From NCBI GenBank assembly GCA_048887165.1, contig JBHLJZ010000009.1, positions 693 to 64,692 on the forward strand: a DNA stretch of 64,000 nt, given 5' to 3'. Positions 18,582-29,437 of the stretch are shown one piece after another (the first letter of the stretch is position 1; each line of letters opens with the position of its first letter). This stretch comes from Candidatus Hodarchaeota archaeon (GTDB taxonomy: Archaea > Asgardarchaeota > Lokiarchaeia > Sigyniarchaeales > SOKP01). The position numbers and the translations under genes were made by a program. The notes beneath the pieces were generated by a model. The model saw only the letters and a list, made by a program, of their open reading frames with translations. It was not told the origin of the DNA and did no database searches.

Positions 18582-19208
18582 CTAATGATTATATCTCTTT
18601 ATTATCTTTTTTAATTTATCGAGATTTGTTTTCTTTAAAGCTGAAAATTCTAAATATGGAATCTGGGCTTGATTTTGATTAGAAAAATCATCTAAATTAA
18701 TTATATTTAAGCCAAAATCATTAGAAGTTTTCAAAAATAGTGAGATAATTCTTTTTGTATCGAACTTAGATAGTTTATCTATCTTATTAATAATAATTAA
18801 TAGAGGTATTTCAAGTTCTTTAAGAAATTTAATCAATTCAAAAGTTAAGGGGATTGTATGCTTTTTCTGTATAAAATATTTCAGAATCTCATCTTCAATT
18901 CTTAAAATATTAATTATAATAAGAGCTAAAAAGTATTCTTGATGGTATTTTTCCAAATGGATCACGATTTGTTTCTTAATATGTTCTTCTCTTCGTTGGC
19001 TTCGATGTTTCATATAACCAAAACCAGGTAAATCAACAATTTGATAATGCATAGTAGGTTGAAAAATTTTGTTAATTAATAAGGTACTTCCAGGAGTTTT
19101 ACCAATCTTTCCCTTAAATTTTTTAGGATTTGGTAATAATAATCTTGTAATTGAACTTTTTCCTACATTTGAATTTCCGATAATTAATAATGAAGGTTTA
19201 TCTTTCAT
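18582..19208 (-). CDS. engB: Ribosome-biogenesis GTPase EngB/YsxC
   Basis: GNSNVGKSS (G1), DLPGFGY (G3), NKIDKL (G4), ~200 aa. Confidence 0.8.
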   Translation of the reverse strand: MKDKPSLLIIGNSNVGKSSITRLLLPNPKKFKGKIGKTPGSTLLINKIFQPTMHYQIVDLPGFGYMKHRSQRREEHIKKQIVIHLEKYHQEYFLALIIINILRIEDEILKYFIQKKHTIPLTFELIKFLKELEIPLLIIINKIDKLSKFDTKRIISLFLKTSNDFGLNIINLDDFSNQNQAQIPYLEFSALKKTNLDKLKKIIKRYNH

Positions 19209-19238
19209 CTTTTTAGTGAATTGAAAATTCAGATTGAT

Positions 19239-20150
19239 CTATATATCCAGAAACTCATCATTAAGAAAATCTTTATACATTTTCTTCTTCTCTTCTTCTG
19301 TCAGAATAGGTCGGGTGCTTATTGGCTCTCCTATTACGTCCAAAATTTCTTTTAATCCTTTTATCCCTATATTAATTTTAAATTTACCTCCACTTATATA
19401 ACGAATTATTTGCTTTTCATTCAAAGTTAGTCGAAGAATATAACCCAAGCCAAAATAAAACTGATTTTCAGGAATAGGATCAATAGGACTTTTACTTGTA
19501 ACTTCTTTTAACATTTCATATAATAACTCTTTACTTGCAATGTAATCTTCTGTCTGAAAGACAATATAATAAAGAGCATGATACCAAATTTTATCCCTCT
19601 TATTTTTAGTGTATTGAATAAACTTTTCAGGGGTAACGATTACTTTCTCTTTTTCTTCCTTTCTTTCAAGAAGTTCTTGTTTGATACGCTCTTCTAATTC
19701 TGAAGATATCTTTGCACTTGGTTGGATATCAGATGCTTGTTCGGATTTGGATTGAATTTCTTCTTGTTTAACCGTTTCAATTGCTTCTTGTATTTCTTTA
19801 AGTTCCTCAAATTCAAATTCATCAAGATCTGAAAAATCTGAAATCAGTGCTTCTTTTTGAGCTAAATAGTCATCTAGTTTAGCTTTTTCAGTTCCATTTG
19901 TTGCTATGGTGCTTATAGATCCTTCTTCAATTTTTTGGTCATTTTTTATAGTATCTAGTTCTCTTACTTTAGCAATAGCTTCTTGCATTTCTTTTAATTC
20001 TTCAAAATCTAAGTCATCTAAGTCTGAGAAATCGGTTTCAAGGTCCTTCATATCCGTTAAATATTCTTTTAAATCGTCTTGGTCTTGAATATTATTTTCA
20101 GATTTTTCTTTTAGTTCTTCATCTAATAGATTATTTGGGTCTTCGTTCAT
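19239..20150 (-). CDS. Acidic protein with duplicated FSDLD-EELKE-QEAI motif and a globular C-terminal domain
   Basis: The ORF is intact. The two 23-aa repeats are FSDLDDLDFEELKEMQEAIAKVR and FSDLDEFEFEELKEIQEAIETVK. The C-terminal ~130 aa are non-repetitive. Confidence 0.5.
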   Translation of the reverse strand: MNEDPNNLLDEELKEKSENNIQDQDDLKEYLTDMKDLETDFSDLDDLDFEELKEMQEAIAKVRELDTIKNDQKIEEGSISTIATNGTEKAKLDDYLAQKEALISDFSDLDEFEFEELKEIQEAIETVKQEEIQSKSEQASDIQPSAKISSELEERIKQELLERKEEKEKVIVTPEKFIQYTKNKRDKIWYHALYYIVFQTEDYIASKELLYEMLKEVTSKSPIDPIPENQFYFGLGYILRLTLNEKQIIRYISGGKFKINIGIKGLKEILDVIGEPISTRPILTEEEKKKMYKDFLNDEFLDI

Positions 20151-20467
20151 TATTATAATAATTAAGATATGAATATTTTTTCTCTAATATAAGATATAAT
20201 TATTCTATTCTTTAAATCTTAAGATATGACAAGATTTTTAATAATTTATTAAGTATTTTCCTAAATAATTAATTTAAGTAAAGTTCAGTGATTTTCATAA
20301 TGTAAATTATGTTTTTCTAAAAAAAAAGAGTTACCGAAGCTTTTCAAGCGTTAGTTGGAACTTTATATTCGAAAGCAAAATAATCTAACTTCTGAATGAA
20401 GTTTTTGTACTAGCAAATAAAATAAGATAATAAAAAGTAAATTTATCAGAAATAGGAAAATAAATTT

Positions 20468-22720
20468 TTAAGTCTTCTTATAGATAAATCTTTCCCAACT
20501 CTTGGTAGAAGGCATTTCAACCGGCATACTTTTTCTCTTACGAATTTCAAGTATAAGATCTTCTTCTAGTGAAGCAGGTACTTTTTCGAAACCTGAAAAT
20601 TCGTATCCGAAGAATGCTCGTCCTTGGGTTGTTCCACGAATATCGTCAGCAAGACCAATAGTCTCTGCTGCTGGAATCACTCCTTGGACCCTTACATACT
20701 CACCTTCGGGAATTACATTGGTTATTCTTCCTCGTCTTTTTGTTATAATTGTACTTATATTACCCTCAGTTCCGGTGGGCGATTTTATATCAATTTTTTG
20801 TATAGGCTCATAAAGATGAGGTTCAGCATCCAACATTGCTAATGACATTGCTGAAAACGCCATACCAGCAATTTGTCCATATTGAGTATGTCGTGGGTCC
20901 TCATGGATAACCATATCTGTAAAGACTACTTTGAATCCAGTAGCAGGTTCTTTCGCCAGTATACACGAACCTAACCAATCTCTAAAAGCGGCAGTAAGAT
21001 AAGATTTAACTCTATCAAACCTCTGTAGACCTGAGGTACCATTGACAAGTAAGCTTCCATGATAAACGTCAACAATACGCCTTGCTTCTTTTGCATCCCA
21101 TCCAGCTTCCTCTCTCAAGATTTGTGCGCGATCTTTTTCATTCTGTAAATCAGTGATTTTTCTGGTCTCAATTAATTTTTCAGTCTTCTTATCAAGTGGT
21201 TCTAAATAGAGTAAGATTCGATTGTGAGTATTGGCTGATTTTGTATGAAAGTCTTTGCTTTTTTTTGAAATTTTCTCCCTATATACAATAATAGGTTCAC
21301 CTATAATAATTTCAACCTGATTATTGATTCGTTTAGTTAAGATTTCAATTTGGAGTGGATCTATTCCACTTAATATAAACTCCCCTGATTCTTTATCCAT
21401 TCTGTATTCCGCAGTAGGATCTGCTTGCAGCCATTTTCCAACAACTTCATCCAATTTATCAATATCGTGAGGATCACGAGATTTGATGCTTCTTGAAACA
21501 ACAGGTTCACAAGCATAGCTAATTCGTTCAAAAGCCGGTAATCTTGATTGTTCCTCTTTATCTTTGGGAACATTATCAGCAGACATGAATGTTTCTCCAG
21601 AAGGACAAATGAAGCCAAACAAAGCAAATAAATTACCTGCTGGTATTTTAGGCATGTCTAAAATATCTGTAATTTCCATTACACCTAGTCTTTTTAATCG
21701 CTGTTTACTTTTGTTGTTTACAAGGAAAATTGTATCAGATTGATTAAAAGTTCCTGAAAAAACTCTGCCAATTAATGTAGCTTGATAGTTTCTTTTTGGA
21801 TCTAAGAAAATCTTAGTAATCATACCATATAAGGGTCCATTAGGATCGCTTTTAACTAATGCTTTTCCCAAACCAGAATTTAAATCACCACCCCATATAT
21901 GAGGAATTCTATATTTTGAAGCTGTAACTGGATCTGGTAAATGATCGACAACCATACGAAGCATAGGTTCATCCAAGGGTAAATTGTCTCTTAACCATTG
22001 AATATCTCCTTCATTATACTTTTCAAATACAGTTATAGGAGTGAATCCTTTTTCCTTTAAGATTTCGTATGTAAATCCCCATCCATGCTTAGCAGAACCT
22101 ACAGCTACGCTATTTTTAGCGAAATCTACTCCCCAGTCAAAACCTTCAGGTCTAACCTTTCTAATGAGCTCATTTACTTGCTTTGTAATATCATCAATTT
22201 TGGCATAGGTATCTTCTGGACTTAATTTTAATTCACTAATTAATCTATCAACCTTATTAATGAATAATACCGGTTTACATAGTTCTTCTCCAACAGCTAG
22301 GCGTATATTTGTTTCAGTTTGGGTCATTACTCCTTCTAACGCATCAACAAGTATAATAGCACCATCTGATCCTCTCAAAGCTCTTGATACTTCTCCTGTA
22401 AAGGAAATATGACCTGGAGTATCATTGATTTGAAAGATGTATGGTTCTCGATCATTAGGATTTCTTGGATCAGTAAAAGCAAGTAACACTACTGAGGTAA
22501 AAATAGTAATACCTCTTTCTTGTTCTTCATCATCAGAATCAGTCATTTGAAGTTGTCCAGCGTCCTCCGGGCGCATTAAACCTGCTCTCCTCAACAAATA
22601 ATCCGAAGCTGTTGTCTTACCATGATCTATATGAGCTGTTATAGAAAATATTCTCTTTTTAGTATAGTTAGTGCTGGCTACCATCGATTGAATCTCATCG
22701 GGATTTTTTACTTTAACCAT
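20468..22720 (-). CDS. Translation elongation factor 2 family (aEF-2 or EF-2 paralogue) with a divergent diphthamide loop
   Basis: AHIDHGKTT, EQERGITI, DTPGH and NKVDRL. Full five-domain length (750 aa). The domain IV tip reads IHEDPRHTQYGQ. Confidence 0.85.
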   Translation of the reverse strand: MVKVKNPDEIQSMVASTNYTKKRIFSITAHIDHGKTTASDYLLRRAGLMRPEDAGQLQMTDSDDEEQERGITIFTSVVLLAFTDPRNPNDREPYIFQINDTPGHISFTGEVSRALRGSDGAIILVDALEGVMTQTETNIRLAVGEELCKPVLFINKVDRLISELKLSPEDTYAKIDDITKQVNELIRKVRPEGFDWGVDFAKNSVAVGSAKHGWGFTYEILKEKGFTPITVFEKYNEGDIQWLRDNLPLDEPMLRMVVDHLPDPVTASKYRIPHIWGGDLNSGLGKALVKSDPNGPLYGMITKIFLDPKRNYQATLIGRVFSGTFNQSDTIFLVNNKSKQRLKRLGVMEITDILDMPKIPAGNLFALFGFICPSGETFMSADNVPKDKEEQSRLPAFERISYACEPVVSRSIKSRDPHDIDKLDEVVGKWLQADPTAEYRMDKESGEFILSGIDPLQIEILTKRINNQVEIIIGEPIIVYREKISKKSKDFHTKSANTHNRILLYLEPLDKKTEKLIETRKITDLQNEKDRAQILREEAGWDAKEARRIVDVYHGSLLVNGTSGLQRFDRVKSYLTAAFRDWLGSCILAKEPATGFKVVFTDMVIHEDPRHTQYGQIAGMAFSAMSLAMLDAEPHLYEPIQKIDIKSPTGTEGNISTIITKRRGRITNVIPEGEYVRVQGVIPAAETIGLADDIRGTTQGRAFFGYEFSGFEKVPASLEEDLILEIRKRKSMPVEMPSTKSWERFIYKKT

Positions 22721-22893
22721 TTTAAATTCACTTAAATATAGTTGTAATTAAAAATATTGATAATTATGAAAAAAAATTAAAGAAATGATAAAAATTTTAT
22801 GTTTTATATGTATAAATTGCTATTCTTATATAATTTTTCGTTAGTATATATAAAACTGTTAACTTTTTCTAAAGATTGAGAAAATTTCTAATC

Positions 22894-24351
22894 TTATTCA
22901 ACAAAGGGTAAAACCAAATTCGTTAAAATATAGAGAGCTCGTTTACCAGATGAAGTTTTAACATTATTTGCTTGAGAAATATTGATTATTTCAAAATTCT
23001 CTGGTACTTTATTTCTAATAAAGTCATTGAGAAAATTGATAAATAAACTATATTCCCTTTTAGTTTCTACCCAAAGATAGTTATCCTTTTCAAAATAATC
23101 GGGATTTTTCTTTATAAACTTCATAACATGGAGTTTTTCTGATTTTGGAGGACCTCTACGAGTGTATTTCTCTGAAATTTCTGGTTTTTCACAATAAAAA
23201 GCTATGCTAAACTCATCGAAATTATTTTCAAAGTATACTTCATATTCAATTTTTTTAAAACGGTCATTATGTGAGTATTCTTTTTCTCCAATTGTTTTTA
23301 TACGTTCTGCTAAAGAATATAGTTTATCTCTATTTATTGTATAATGAATATTGGGGTCTAAATTTTTCAATTCAACTATAAAAATTTTGAATAACGTTTC
23401 AGAGTTGGAAGTAGTTAAATTAATTTTGGGAATTGGATTAATTTTAAAAAAATCTTCGCTTGGATCTTTTAAAAACTCTTGGATTTTAAAGTCGCAATAT
23501 TTAAATGCTTTTTGAGATATAGAAGATGCTACATTTCTATTTTTATCAATGGGATCTACTATTATGAGATAATCTTGCTGGAAATGAACTATGTCTTCCA
23601 ATTCTTTTGTAGTTCTTCCATAATAATCTAGTCTATAGTCTTTTAATTTGTTAAAATTTGATAAAAGGTTATTAAGATTAGTAAAATAATAAATAAGCAA
23701 TTCGGCACTATAACCAATAAATCCTACTTTTCCTACTGCACTTTTATCTCCGTAACAATATGACGCTTTAAAGAATTGTTTTATTAATCTTACGTCATCT
23801 TTTTGTTCATTTGTTAAATTATCTCTAATAAATCGTCCATGCCAAGGGGATCTATCTACCGCTGTAATAGGTCCAAACTTTTTAATGTATTCGATATCCA
23901 AATCAAAGTATAGGACAATATCAATTTTGATTTTGACGTTTTTGAGTACATAATCCACAGTAACATATGGGTGTTCAGCATATAAAAGCTTAGGATTATT
24001 AAATTCCTTGGATGTTAATGATTTTATTATCCAATTATTACAGAGCTTTAAGAAATCCTTTTTTGATTCTCTTTTTAATTGATTTTTACTCAAACCATTG
24101 TAGTTATGCTTATATAAATCATAATCTAATCCTATAAACAAATCTATATCAAAATCGTCTCTTAATTGAGTTTGTTTAATTCCTGTCGATCCTTGTGGTT
24201 CAATTTGAGTATACTTAATTCCTAATTCATGAGCAGTTTTATTAAGGATATTAATTAATCTAAGATTGATTTTGTTAATTAAATTTAATTCTTGAGGAGT
24301 GGGTCTAATTTTTTCTAAAACTTCAGTTAAAACTCTAGTTAATTGAGTCAT
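22894..24351 (-). CDS. cca: Archaeal class I CCA-adding enzyme (tRNA nucleotidyltransferase)
   Basis: GSTGIKQTQLRDDFDIDLFIG (the GS...DxD polymerase-beta motif), RSPWHGRF, ~480 aa. Confidence 0.8.
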   Translation of the reverse strand: MTQLTRVLTEVLEKIRPTPQELNLINKINLRLINILNKTAHELGIKYTQIEPQGSTGIKQTQLRDDFDIDLFIGLDYDLYKHNYNGLSKNQLKRESKKDFLKLCNNWIIKSLTSKEFNNPKLLYAEHPYVTVDYVLKNVKIKIDIVLYFDLDIEYIKKFGPITAVDRSPWHGRFIRDNLTNEQKDDVRLIKQFFKASYCYGDKSAVGKVGFIGYSAELLIYYFTNLNNLLSNFNKLKDYRLDYYGRTTKELEDIVHFQQDYLIIVDPIDKNRNVASSISQKAFKYCDFKIQEFLKDPSEDFFKINPIPKINLTTSNSETLFKIFIVELKNLDPNIHYTINRDKLYSLAERIKTIGEKEYSHNDRFKKIEYEVYFENNFDEFSIAFYCEKPEISEKYTRRGPPKSEKLHVMKFIKKNPDYFEKDNYLWVETKREYSLFINFLNDFIRNKVPENFEIINISQANNVKTSSGKRALYILTNLVLPFVE

Positions 24352-24462
24352 TGGTTTGAAATCAATGCTATGGGATAGGTTTTAATAATTCCTATAATAA
24401 TTAATTACTTTACTATTTAAAAAAATTCTTTAGAAAGTTGGAGTAAGAAAAATATATGATAA

Positions 24463-26268
24463 TTACATGCCCCACCAGGGATGAGTTGATTTACGCATTA
24501 ATATAATGTATTCCCTTAAAGCTTCTTTCTGATCATCCGTGAGTTCGTTTAAAAATTTGCCCATTAATTGTCGGACATGGGATTCTGGCACGCTAACAAA
24601 TAATAATTCATCTTTTCCTAAATCTTTTCCAATTTCTATGCCTCTTATTGAAACAGCTACTTCAGAATCTTTATTTGCTTTTTCTAAAGTTTTTCCTTTA
24701 TCTTGAATTTGATGTATTCGTCTTACTTTTTTACCTTTATCTGTTATTAAAGGAACTTTAGGTAATAAAGTTCCAGCCTCAACATGTACTCCAAAAACAG
24801 CTGGATTTGAATTTCTAAAAATGAAATCAGGAAGCATTTTAAGTTTCGCTGGCAATACAAGTTCACTCAATCCTTTAGCAGTATCTTCTGCTTTCCTAGT
24901 TTCGGAATATTCAATATAATCTTCTAATAATCTATAAATTACATCATTTGTAAAAATTCTGATATTATCGATGTTTGCTTGTTCTCTAGCTTCAGGTAAA
25001 ATAGAGACATTGAAGCCAAGAACAGCAGCAGAATATGGATCTAAATATTTAACTATATTCGCATTCATAACATCTTCTTTTTTTATTGGGCCTACGTCAG
25101 CTATACTTATTTTGACACCATTTTTTGTAAAATGATTTTCTAATGCTTCAAGAGAACCTAATGTATCTGCTTTTAAAACAACTCCCGCTTTATCTGTTTT
25201 TATTCTAATGCTTTGCACTTCATCTTCAATTTCTTTATATACGAAATCCTCGTTAGAGGGATCTACAATAGTTCTAAACGGTGATCCGGCAACAACATCG
25301 TCAATATTCGGTGCGAGAATTTTGATACCAGAAGCAGCACTTACCAGATTTTCAGAATCGAATTTTTGTCGTGGATCTCTAATTTCATCTAATGGTTTTG
25401 GTCTTAAAAGGGCTCTTACTTTGGATTTAATAGGTTTTTCAAGGCCACCTACTATAAAATCATCTCCTTTATTAATAATACCATCATAGATTAAAACATC
25501 CATGGTAACTCCTTGTCCTTTTTCTTTTTTTACTTCTAAAACAACTCCTTTTGCAGGTCCTTCTGAAAATTGTAGATTCTCAGTTAAATATTGCTGTACC
25601 AAACCCATTAATATCATTAATAGTGTTGATATACCCTCACCGGTTTTAGCGCTAGTTGGGACAATTGCTATTTTCTTAGTAAAATCGCGAATTTTATCAT
25701 ATCTATCAATTCCTTTAAATCCTTCTTCTAGGAAATTACCAACAATTTCTAATAATTTTTCATCCAAAAAATCTTTTACATGAGATTTCTGAGAATTGTA
25801 AGAATCTAAAAAGTCAGCATCCTTTTTAGATTTCCAACCAGAAATTCTATCTATTTTATTAGCAGCTATAACAAAAGGAGTTTTTCTCTCTCTTAATATC
25901 CTTACTGACTCCCATGTTATTGGCATTGTTCCTGCTGTGACATCAATAACTAAAATAGCAATATCAGCAACAGCTCCACCTCTACGTCGTAAATTCATAA
26001 ATGCTGCGTGCCCAGGTGTATCTACAACTAATATACCGGGTAATTTTATTTCTTTTTCAGCAAATTCCTGTTTTGATTTACTTAAGAATTCTTTAATATC
26101 TTCAGTTGGAAAATATGAAGCCCCAATATGCTGAGTAATACCCGCTGCTTCTCTTTGTTGAACTACTGTACCTCTAATATAATCTAAAATACTCGTCTTA
26201 CCATGATCTATATGCCCTAAAATACAAACTATCGGTGCCCTTATAACTTTATTATTTTGTGCTGACAT
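24463..26268 (-). CDS. infB: Translation initiation factor aIF5B (IF-2)
   Basis: RAPIVCILGHIDHGKTSILD, DTPGH, NKIDR, 601 aa. Confidence 0.9.
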   Translation of the reverse strand: MSAQNNKVIRAPIVCILGHIDHGKTSILDYIRGTVVQQREAAGITQHIGASYFPTEDIKEFLSKSKQEFAEKEIKLPGILVVDTPGHAAFMNLRRRGGAVADIAILVIDVTAGTMPITWESVRILRERKTPFVIAANKIDRISGWKSKKDADFLDSYNSQKSHVKDFLDEKLLEIVGNFLEEGFKGIDRYDKIRDFTKKIAIVPTSAKTGEGISTLLMILMGLVQQYLTENLQFSEGPAKGVVLEVKKEKGQGVTMDVLIYDGIINKGDDFIVGGLEKPIKSKVRALLRPKPLDEIRDPRQKFDSENLVSAASGIKILAPNIDDVVAGSPFRTIVDPSNEDFVYKEIEDEVQSIRIKTDKAGVVLKADTLGSLEALENHFTKNGVKISIADVGPIKKEDVMNANIVKYLDPYSAAVLGFNVSILPEAREQANIDNIRIFTNDVIYRLLEDYIEYSETRKAEDTAKGLSELVLPAKLKMLPDFIFRNSNPAVFGVHVEAGTLLPKVPLITDKGKKVRRIHQIQDKGKTLEKANKDSEVAVSIRGIEIGKDLGKDELLFVSVPESHVRQLMGKFLNELTDDQKEALREYIILMRKSTHPWWGM

Positions 26269-26370
26269 ATCTTCTTAAGATTTAATGTTAATAGATAAAT
26301 TCTATTATTGAATTATTCTTATTTTTAAAAAAGTAATTGAAGGTTTAGAAATATTTCTATTAATTTATAA

Positions 26371-29244
26371 TTAGTTATGATTTAGATATTTTTTTAGATA
26401 TTTTCCAGTATATGAACTTCCAATTTGAATAATTTCTTCTGGAGTACATTCAGCAACTATTTTTCCTCCTTTTTCACCACCTTCAGGTCCAAGATCTATG
26501 ATATAATCTACAGATTTTACAATTTCCATGTTATGTTCAATAATGATTACTGTATTTCCTTTATCTACTAGCTTTTGAAGTACTTTCAGTAAAAATTGGA
26601 TATCATACATATGCAATCCCGTCGTTGGTTCATCTAGAATATAAAGTGTATTACCTGTACTAGTTTTTCTTAGTTCTCTTGCTATTTTTAGTCTCTGGGA
26701 TTCACCTCCGCTTAAAGTAGTTGAAGATTGCCCTAGTTCTAAATACCCCAGTCCTACATCAACTACAGTTTTTAATGTTCTTTTTAGTTTTGGAAAACTG
26801 TCAAAAAATTCTAATGCTTGATGAAACGTCATTTTTAAAACATCTGAGATTGATTTTCCACGGTATTTAATGTCAAGAGTTTCAGCATTATATCGATTTC
26901 CTTTACAGAGATCACATTTAATATATACATCTGGTAAAAAATACATCTCTTTTAGAATAAAACCTGTACCTTTACATTTTTTACAATGACCTGCTTTAGT
27001 GTTAAAACTAAATCTGCCTTTTTTATAACCTCTTTCCCTTGATTCTGGTAAACTGGCAAAAATTTCTCGAATATAATCCAAAGCTTTAGTATATGTAGAA
27101 GGAACTGATCTAGGAGTTCTTCCAATTGGTGATTGATCAATATTTATGATTTTATCAATTTTTTCAAAACCTATGATCTCATCAAAATCTCCAGCAATTA
27201 ATCGAGAACTACGAGTGTTGATAATATTATGTAAGCCTTTATACAAACAATCAATTATTAGACTAGTTTTTCCAGCACCAGAAACTCCTGTTATACAAGT
27301 GAAAACTCCTAAAGGAATTTTAACATTAATACTTTTTAAGTTGTTCTCTCTCGCACCTTTAATCTCAATTATATTATCATTCACTTCTCTTCTTAATTTG
27401 GGGATATCAATTTTCTTTTTACCTGACAAAAACTTTCCGGTTAATGTTTTTGATTCTAATATAGTATTTAGTGACCCTTGAGCAACAATTTCTCCTCCAT
27501 TTTCTCCTGCTAGGGGACCCAAATCAATGATATGATCTGCATTTCTCATAATTTCATCATCATGTTCTACTACAATTACTGTATTACCCAAATCTCTAAG
27601 TTTTTTCAGCATTTCGATAAGTCGATTTATATCTCTCTGATGTAAACCTACACTTGGTTCATCTAATACGTATAACACTCCAACCAAACTTGAACCTAAT
27701 TGAGTTGCTAATCTGATCCTTTCAGCTTCTCCTACTGATAAGGTATGTGAGCGACGGCTTAAAGTAACATAATCTAAGCCAACATTTTCTAAGAATGACA
27801 ATCTATCGAGGATTTCTTTTAATACATCCTTTATAATTGTTTTTTGAATTTCATCCAATTCTAATTTATTAAAAAAAGTTAATGAATCCTTAACGGAGTG
27901 ATCAGATAATTCTGCAATATTTAATCCTTTTATTGTTACAGCTAAACTTTCTGGTTTTAATCTTTTCCCTTTACATTGAGGACAATCAATCTGATTCATA
28001 AAACTTTCATATATTTCTCTTGCCCATTCAGAGCGAGTTTCCATATATCTTCTATGTAGCCAAGGAATTATTCCTTCAAACGGCCTTACAACATGCCAAG
28101 AAGATTTTACTTCACCTTTCGAATTATTGTATTCATGATTTTCACTTTTAAAATGAAATTCAATCGATTCATCTTCAGTACCAAATAAAATTTTATGAAG
28201 ATTTTTTGGATCTATATCTTTCAGAGGAGTCTTGTTCACATTGAATCCATAATGTTTTGCAACTTGCTCTATAGATTGCCAAGAATATCCATTTGATGAT
28301 CCAAACCCAGGAATATCTCTTATTGGAGTATCTTGTAAAGTTATCTCCAAATCATCTCCTAAAATTAAGCCATAATCAAATTCCATTACTGTTCCTAAAC
28401 CACTACAGTATTTACAACTTCCGTGAGGAATGTTAAAGGAAAACATCTTATGATCTAACTGGGGAAATGATATCCCACAATCTATACATGCGAGATGCTC
28501 TGAATATATTTGTTCTTCCTTTCCAATAATTTCAATTGTGACTATGCCTTCAGCTAGATCTAAAGCGGTTTCTATGGAATCTGCTAATCTAGATTTGATT
28601 CCATTTTTCATTACCAATCTATCAACAATAACATTGATAGTATGTTTCACATTTTTATCCATAGAGATTTCTTCATCAAGAGTATATTGGATCCCATCAA
28701 TTTCAACCCTAACGTATCCTTGTTTCTTAAGGTCTTGTAGGAGTTCTTTGTATTCTCCTTTTCTATCTCTTATTACTGGTGCTTTAATAATAAATTTTTG
28801 ATTATCTTCAATAGATACTAATATCTGTTCAATGATCTGTTGAGGCGTTTGAGGTTTAATTTCTTTCCCACAGTTAGGACAGTGGGGAATTCCAATATTA
28901 GCAAATAGTAATCGATAATAATCATAAATTTCAGTTACAGTTCCAACAGTACTTCTTGGATTTTTAGATAATGGTTTTTGTTCTATTGCAATAGCAGGTG
29001 ACAATCCTTCAATAGAATCGACATCTGGTTTATCCATCTCACCTAAAAATTGCCTAGCATAACTTGATAAAGACTCTAAAAATCTTCTTTGGCCTTCAGC
29101 ATATAATGTATCCATTGCTAAACTTGATTTTCCACTTCCACTAATCCCTGTAATAACTACTAATTTATTACGTGGTATAACAACGTCAATATTTTTTAAG
29201 TTATTCTGACGTGCTCCTTTAATAACTATTGAATTCTGACTCAT
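26371..29244 (-). CDS. uvrA: Excinuclease ABC subunit A
   Basis: Two ABC modules (GISGSGKSSLA and GVSGAGKTSL; LSVGEAERIRLA and LSGGESQRLKIA). Zn-finger cysteines. 957 aa. Confidence 0.95.
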   Translation of the reverse strand: MSQNSIVIKGARQNNLKNIDVVIPRNKLVVITGISGSGKSSLAMDTLYAEGQRRFLESLSSYARQFLGEMDKPDVDSIEGLSPAIAIEQKPLSKNPRSTVGTVTEIYDYYRLLFANIGIPHCPNCGKEIKPQTPQQIIEQILVSIEDNQKFIIKAPVIRDRKGEYKELLQDLKKQGYVRVEIDGIQYTLDEEISMDKNVKHTINVIVDRLVMKNGIKSRLADSIETALDLAEGIVTIEIIGKEEQIYSEHLACIDCGISFPQLDHKMFSFNIPHGSCKYCSGLGTVMEFDYGLILGDDLEITLQDTPIRDIPGFGSSNGYSWQSIEQVAKHYGFNVNKTPLKDIDPKNLHKILFGTEDESIEFHFKSENHEYNNSKGEVKSSWHVVRPFEGIIPWLHRRYMETRSEWAREIYESFMNQIDCPQCKGKRLKPESLAVTIKGLNIAELSDHSVKDSLTFFNKLELDEIQKTIIKDVLKEILDRLSFLENVGLDYVTLSRRSHTLSVGEAERIRLATQLGSSLVGVLYVLDEPSVGLHQRDINRLIEMLKKLRDLGNTVIVVEHDDEIMRNADHIIDLGPLAGENGGEIVAQGSLNTILESKTLTGKFLSGKKKIDIPKLRREVNDNIIEIKGARENNLKSINVKIPLGVFTCITGVSGAGKTSLIIDCLYKGLHNIINTRSSRLIAGDFDEIIGFEKIDKIINIDQSPIGRTPRSVPSTYTKALDYIREIFASLPESRERGYKKGRFSFNTKAGHCKKCKGTGFILKEMYFLPDVYIKCDLCKGNRYNAETLDIKYRGKSISDVLKMTFHQALEFFDSFPKLKRTLKTVVDVGLGYLELGQSSTTLSGGESQRLKIARELRKTSTGNTLYILDEPTTGLHMYDIQFLLKVLQKLVDKGNTVIIIEHNMEIVKSVDYIIDLGPEGGEKGGKIVAECTPEEIIQIGSSYTGKYLKKYLNHN

Positions 29245-29437
29245 TTTTATGACTATTAAATATAATCAATCATATAACAAAAATTTCATGGCTTTATTTT
29301 ATAATCCTCAAATATTGTATTTTTGCTCCTAAAGGGTATTGATTTTCTAATCATGAGCTTAATTTCATTGGAGAATAAAGTTTTAATGTTAATTTTAAAT
29401 ATAGAATCAAATTCTATTATTAACCGATTAATTTAAA

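Noticed and set aside
20502-21627. Three ORFs inside or antisense to EF-2 (20502..20813, 20624..20842, 21370..21627)
   Set aside because: They overlap a strongly conserved EF-2 coding frame, are short and carry no motif. They are most likely chance ORFs.
25208-28801. Antisense ORFs within aIF5B and UvrA (25208.., 25502.., 25937.., 26952.., 27146.., 28538..)
   Set aside because: All are embedded in highly conserved genes and have compositionally biased products with no independent signals.
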